Of a DNA stretch of 64,000 nucleotides, positions 61,210 to 64,000 are shown piece after piece. The stretch is from Octopus bimaculoides. Lineage: Eukaryota. A model generated the notes under the pieces. That model made no database searches. It saw only the letters and a program-made list of their open reading frames with translations, and had not been told where the DNA came from. Each line of letters starts with the position of its first letter. Position 1 is the first letter of the stretch. The translations under genes and the position numbers were made by a program. Location of the stretch: the NCBI RefSeq assembly GCF_001194135.2, contig NC_068991.1, positions 41,983,009 through 42,047,008 of the forward strand, written 5' to 3'.

Positions 61210-61400
61210 TGCAAGTAGTATGGTGGCCTCACTAGTGCTGGTACCATGAGAAAAGCACCCAACAAATATTGCATCCAGCCATAGAAACCATGCCAAAGCA
61301 GACACTGGAGCACAATGCAGTCCTTAGGTCCACTGGATCCTGTCAAACCATGCAACTCATGCCAGCATGGAACATGGACATCAAATGATGATGATGATGA
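61210..61400 (+). mobile_element. Degraded RTE 3' end
   Basis: gcatccagccatagaaacc...catgccagcatggaacatggacatcaaatgatgatgatga. Confidence 0.7.
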
Positions 61401-62919
61401 CAATGATATTATTATATAATTAGTATATTATATTATTTTAATAACTCTTACAAGATCTCTCTGGGCAATAAATTTTATTTGGATGTAGACATTACATTGA
61501 TGATGAAGATGATACATATACATACATATATACGTACATACATATATACATACTCACACATGCACACACACACACATTTATATATATTACATTAATGAAT
61601 TCACAGAATAATAAGAGAATCAGATAGATTACTTTGCAACATTTGGTTCCAACTCTCTACAGTCTAAGTTCAAATCTTGCCTAGACCAACTTTTTTCTTC
61701 ATTATTTTTTTTTTTTTTGGTGGGGAGAAGGGGTAAATAAATGAATTACCAGTCATGTACTGAGATTGTTTTTGTGATAAGATACAAATGGCTTGCTAGT
61801 ACCCCAAGCAGTGTCAATGCAAAGACATGTCAGATTCATTGTGCCGAGAGAAGGTAACAAAGGGGGACCTCTCACAGCTTCTGTCTTTCCAGAAATGGTG
61901 GAAAGTTAAGTAAGAATCTAGAAACATCTCAAAGAAAAACCAATATGATAATGAACCATCCAAGAAGAGATTAATGTGCAATGCAGCATGGAATGGAAAT
62001 ACAGGAAAGAAATGTAATCATGTTGTCAAAAGCTTGATGAATGTTGTGTTTGCAAAAGTGCTAAGTTTGCTGAGATTTATTAAAAGAAAAAATGGTGTCC
62101 TTGACTTCCTTAGTGGCAATATGGAAAAAAAAACAAAAACCCAATTCTTGGCTTGTGTCATTGAAATATGTATTGTTGTAATACAAGGCCACCACACATC
62201 CTTTCTTTGAGTCATATCTGCTCATAAAGGCAGGTTTCTTATTCCAATCTAAATGGTATCTGAATAGATGAGGATTTTCTTGCAGGTAAGCCTGTTAGTC
62301 CACCATGAGTCAACTGTTAACTACTAAGATAAATAGATTAATAACAGTTATACTGAGACAAGTAGGACTAAGAGCAAGGTTATGACAATACCTGCAAAGG
62401 CATATTAATCCATATACCAACAGCAAAATGTCCCTACTTCTAAGAAATCTTTCAATGCTAGATATTTAATGTACAATATTAAAGAATTCAGTATAATAAG
62501 CTAAATGATTACTATCAACTAAGCAATATAGTGTGCATAGACAACTGCAGTAACACCAGTGTATCACTGGTATATATATCTTTATTGACTTTCCCTACTA
62601 TAGAGAAATGAAAGCAATATCAACTCTGCTCAGGTTCTTACACAATGATTTATTGATCTTGATGATTTAAAATATCTGGTTTAGTTACTGGTATTTAGCT
62701 TCAAGTTGGAACCAAACAAGCAGACCTATGTTTAAAGGTGCACACCCTGTCTTTTTACTCAGAGTATCCAATGTCTTCTTCCTTTTCTACAACATTTGAG
62801 CATGATCTGAGGGAGATCTGGTCACAGTTTCTAGCCAGCCAAGTGAGGCTCCCTATTGTGTCATCTAGTCCTTTTTATAATCCATTGTACCTGTTACTAC
62901 CAGAATTTAGTCTATCTAT

Positions 62920-63156
62920 TCTTTTACTTTTACTTGTTTCAGTCATTTGACTGTGGCCATGCTGGAGCACCACTTTAAAGTGTTTTTTTGTCGAAAAAAT
63001 TAACCCCAGGGCTCATTCTTTGTAAGTCTAATACTTATTCTAGCGGTCTCTTTTGTCAAACTGCTAAGTTATGGGTACATAAACACACCAACATCAGTTG
63101 TCAAGAGATAGTGGTGGGGGGACAAACACAGACACACAAAGACATGCACACATAAG

Positions 63157-63192
<36 letters not shown>

Positions 63193-63298
63193 AACACACA
63201 ATGGGCTTCTTTCAGTTTTCATCTACCAAATCCACTCACAAAGGTTTGGTGGGACTGAACTTGGAACCATGTGGTTGAAAAGCAAGCTTCTTACCATT
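62920..63298 (-). mobile_element. SINE (44997 family), near full length
   Basis: tacttgtttcagtcatttgactgtggccatgctggagcacc...ctaccaaatccactcacaaagg...gggactgaac...aagcaagcttcttacc. Confidence 0.85.
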
Positions 63299-63336
63299 GA
63301 AAAAAAAAACAGTTGAATCAACATATGGAAACTTAC

Positions 63337-63437
63337 TTTTACAAAGAATCACATTAGATCTAGGTATGTTGTATGAAACATTCTGTACTTTGAAAGCAAC
63401 ATTTGAGCAACTGAAGGAATCTTCTGTAAGGGAAGAT
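63337..63437 (-). CDS. ABCD4: ABCD4-like exon at the start of the nucleotide-binding domain, 101 nt; gene continues beyond the window
   Basis: tctttttatag/gtaagt boundaries. SSLTEDSFSCSNVAFKVQNVSYNIPRSNVILCK+A. Phase 2 in, phase 1 out, joining AC to give N. Confidence 0.88.
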
Positions 63438-63742
63438 CTATAAAAAGAACAGTCATTTATAAATCTGAAAATAAAATGGAAATATTTACAAAAATAGCTG
63501 TCTATCTGGGAAATATCAAAAACAAAAACTGCTTCTAAAACATTAATGAATTATATTCAACTTTTAAGCAATCCATTCAAGATCAACAATAAAGTGAATG
63601 TGATAGGCTCTGTCTACAACATTCTCTAACAAACATGCTAACAGCTACACAACAAACATTAACTACAAATAAATATGCCACACAATGTGCTTTGACTGCA
63701 GTTCTAAATAAGGCCAAGGAAGGAGTTCTCTCTGTATTAGTC

Positions 63743-63823
<81 letters not shown>

Positions 63824-64000
63824 GATAGATAGATAGATAGATGCATGCATGCGTGCGTACATACATACCTACCTACCTACCTACCTACCTACCTACATAC
63901 GTACATACATACATACATACATACATACATACATACATACATACATACATACTGGGTGTAACAGCAAAATTGTCACGCTTACAAATTGTTAAAATTTTTT

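Larger units (their letters stand above)
1..63951. repeat. Dispersed microsatellites: (CA)n, (TA)n, (CATA)n, (AG)n, (AAT)n, e.g. 1-90, 570-1160, 2500-2650, 4300-4370, 8960-9070, 14420-14570, 18500-18630, 24800-25220, 25660-25960, 30190-30355, 38260-38455, 57230-57320, 63720-63950
   Basis: Directly visible. They account for the YIYI/HTHT/CVCV ORFs. Confidence 0.98.

Noticed and set aside
62275-62290. Recursive-splice-like TTTTCTTGCAG|GTAAG
   Set aside because: It is on the strand opposite to ABCD4, and no plus-strand transcript is supported here.
1-64000. CRISPR arrays, rRNA, operons or other prokaryotic systems
   Set aside because: The sequence is eukaryotic with spliceosomal introns. No regularly spaced repeat-spacer array or rRNA-like sequence was seen.

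Overview
AT-rich, gap-ridden animal genomic DNA full of (CA)n/(TA)n/(CATA)n microsatellites. The SINE and RTE repeats match my recollection of octopus repeats, so an Octopus draft assembly is likely (inference). At least 12 N-gaps produce most of the long spurious ORFs in the track. Two host genes are well supported. (1) A small heat-shock protein with two tandem alpha-crystallin domains (p40/major-egg-antigen type), single coding exon 6271-7230 (+). (2) The 3' half of an ABCD4-like ABC half-transporter on the minus strand: seven phase-consistent coding exons from 63437 down to the stop at 38996, continuing beyond the window. The rest is mostly decayed mobile DNA: Penelope-like elements (PLEs) with inverted pseudo-LTRs carrying hammerhead-ribozyme cores, a Gypsy remnant, RTE LINEs, Tigger, hAT and Helentron-type remnants, MITEs and tRNA-derived SINEs. 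Best leads: a 1.6-kb non-autonomous LTR mini-element (LTRs, tRNA-Ser PBS, PPT, TSD) carrying an unrelated acidic ORF and a triplicated LTR-end/PBS junction; a hammerhead with a compensatory U3-A8 core; a ~138-codon Thr/Ala/Pro-rich spacer between the GIY and YIG motifs of a PLE endonuclease; a pre-miRNA-sized hairpin upstream of the sHSP exon; a ~620-bp four-arm quasi-palindrome downstream of ABCD4; and two decayed coding-like regions of unknown origin. All alignments were done by eye. Repeat boundaries are approximate unless junction bases are quoted.
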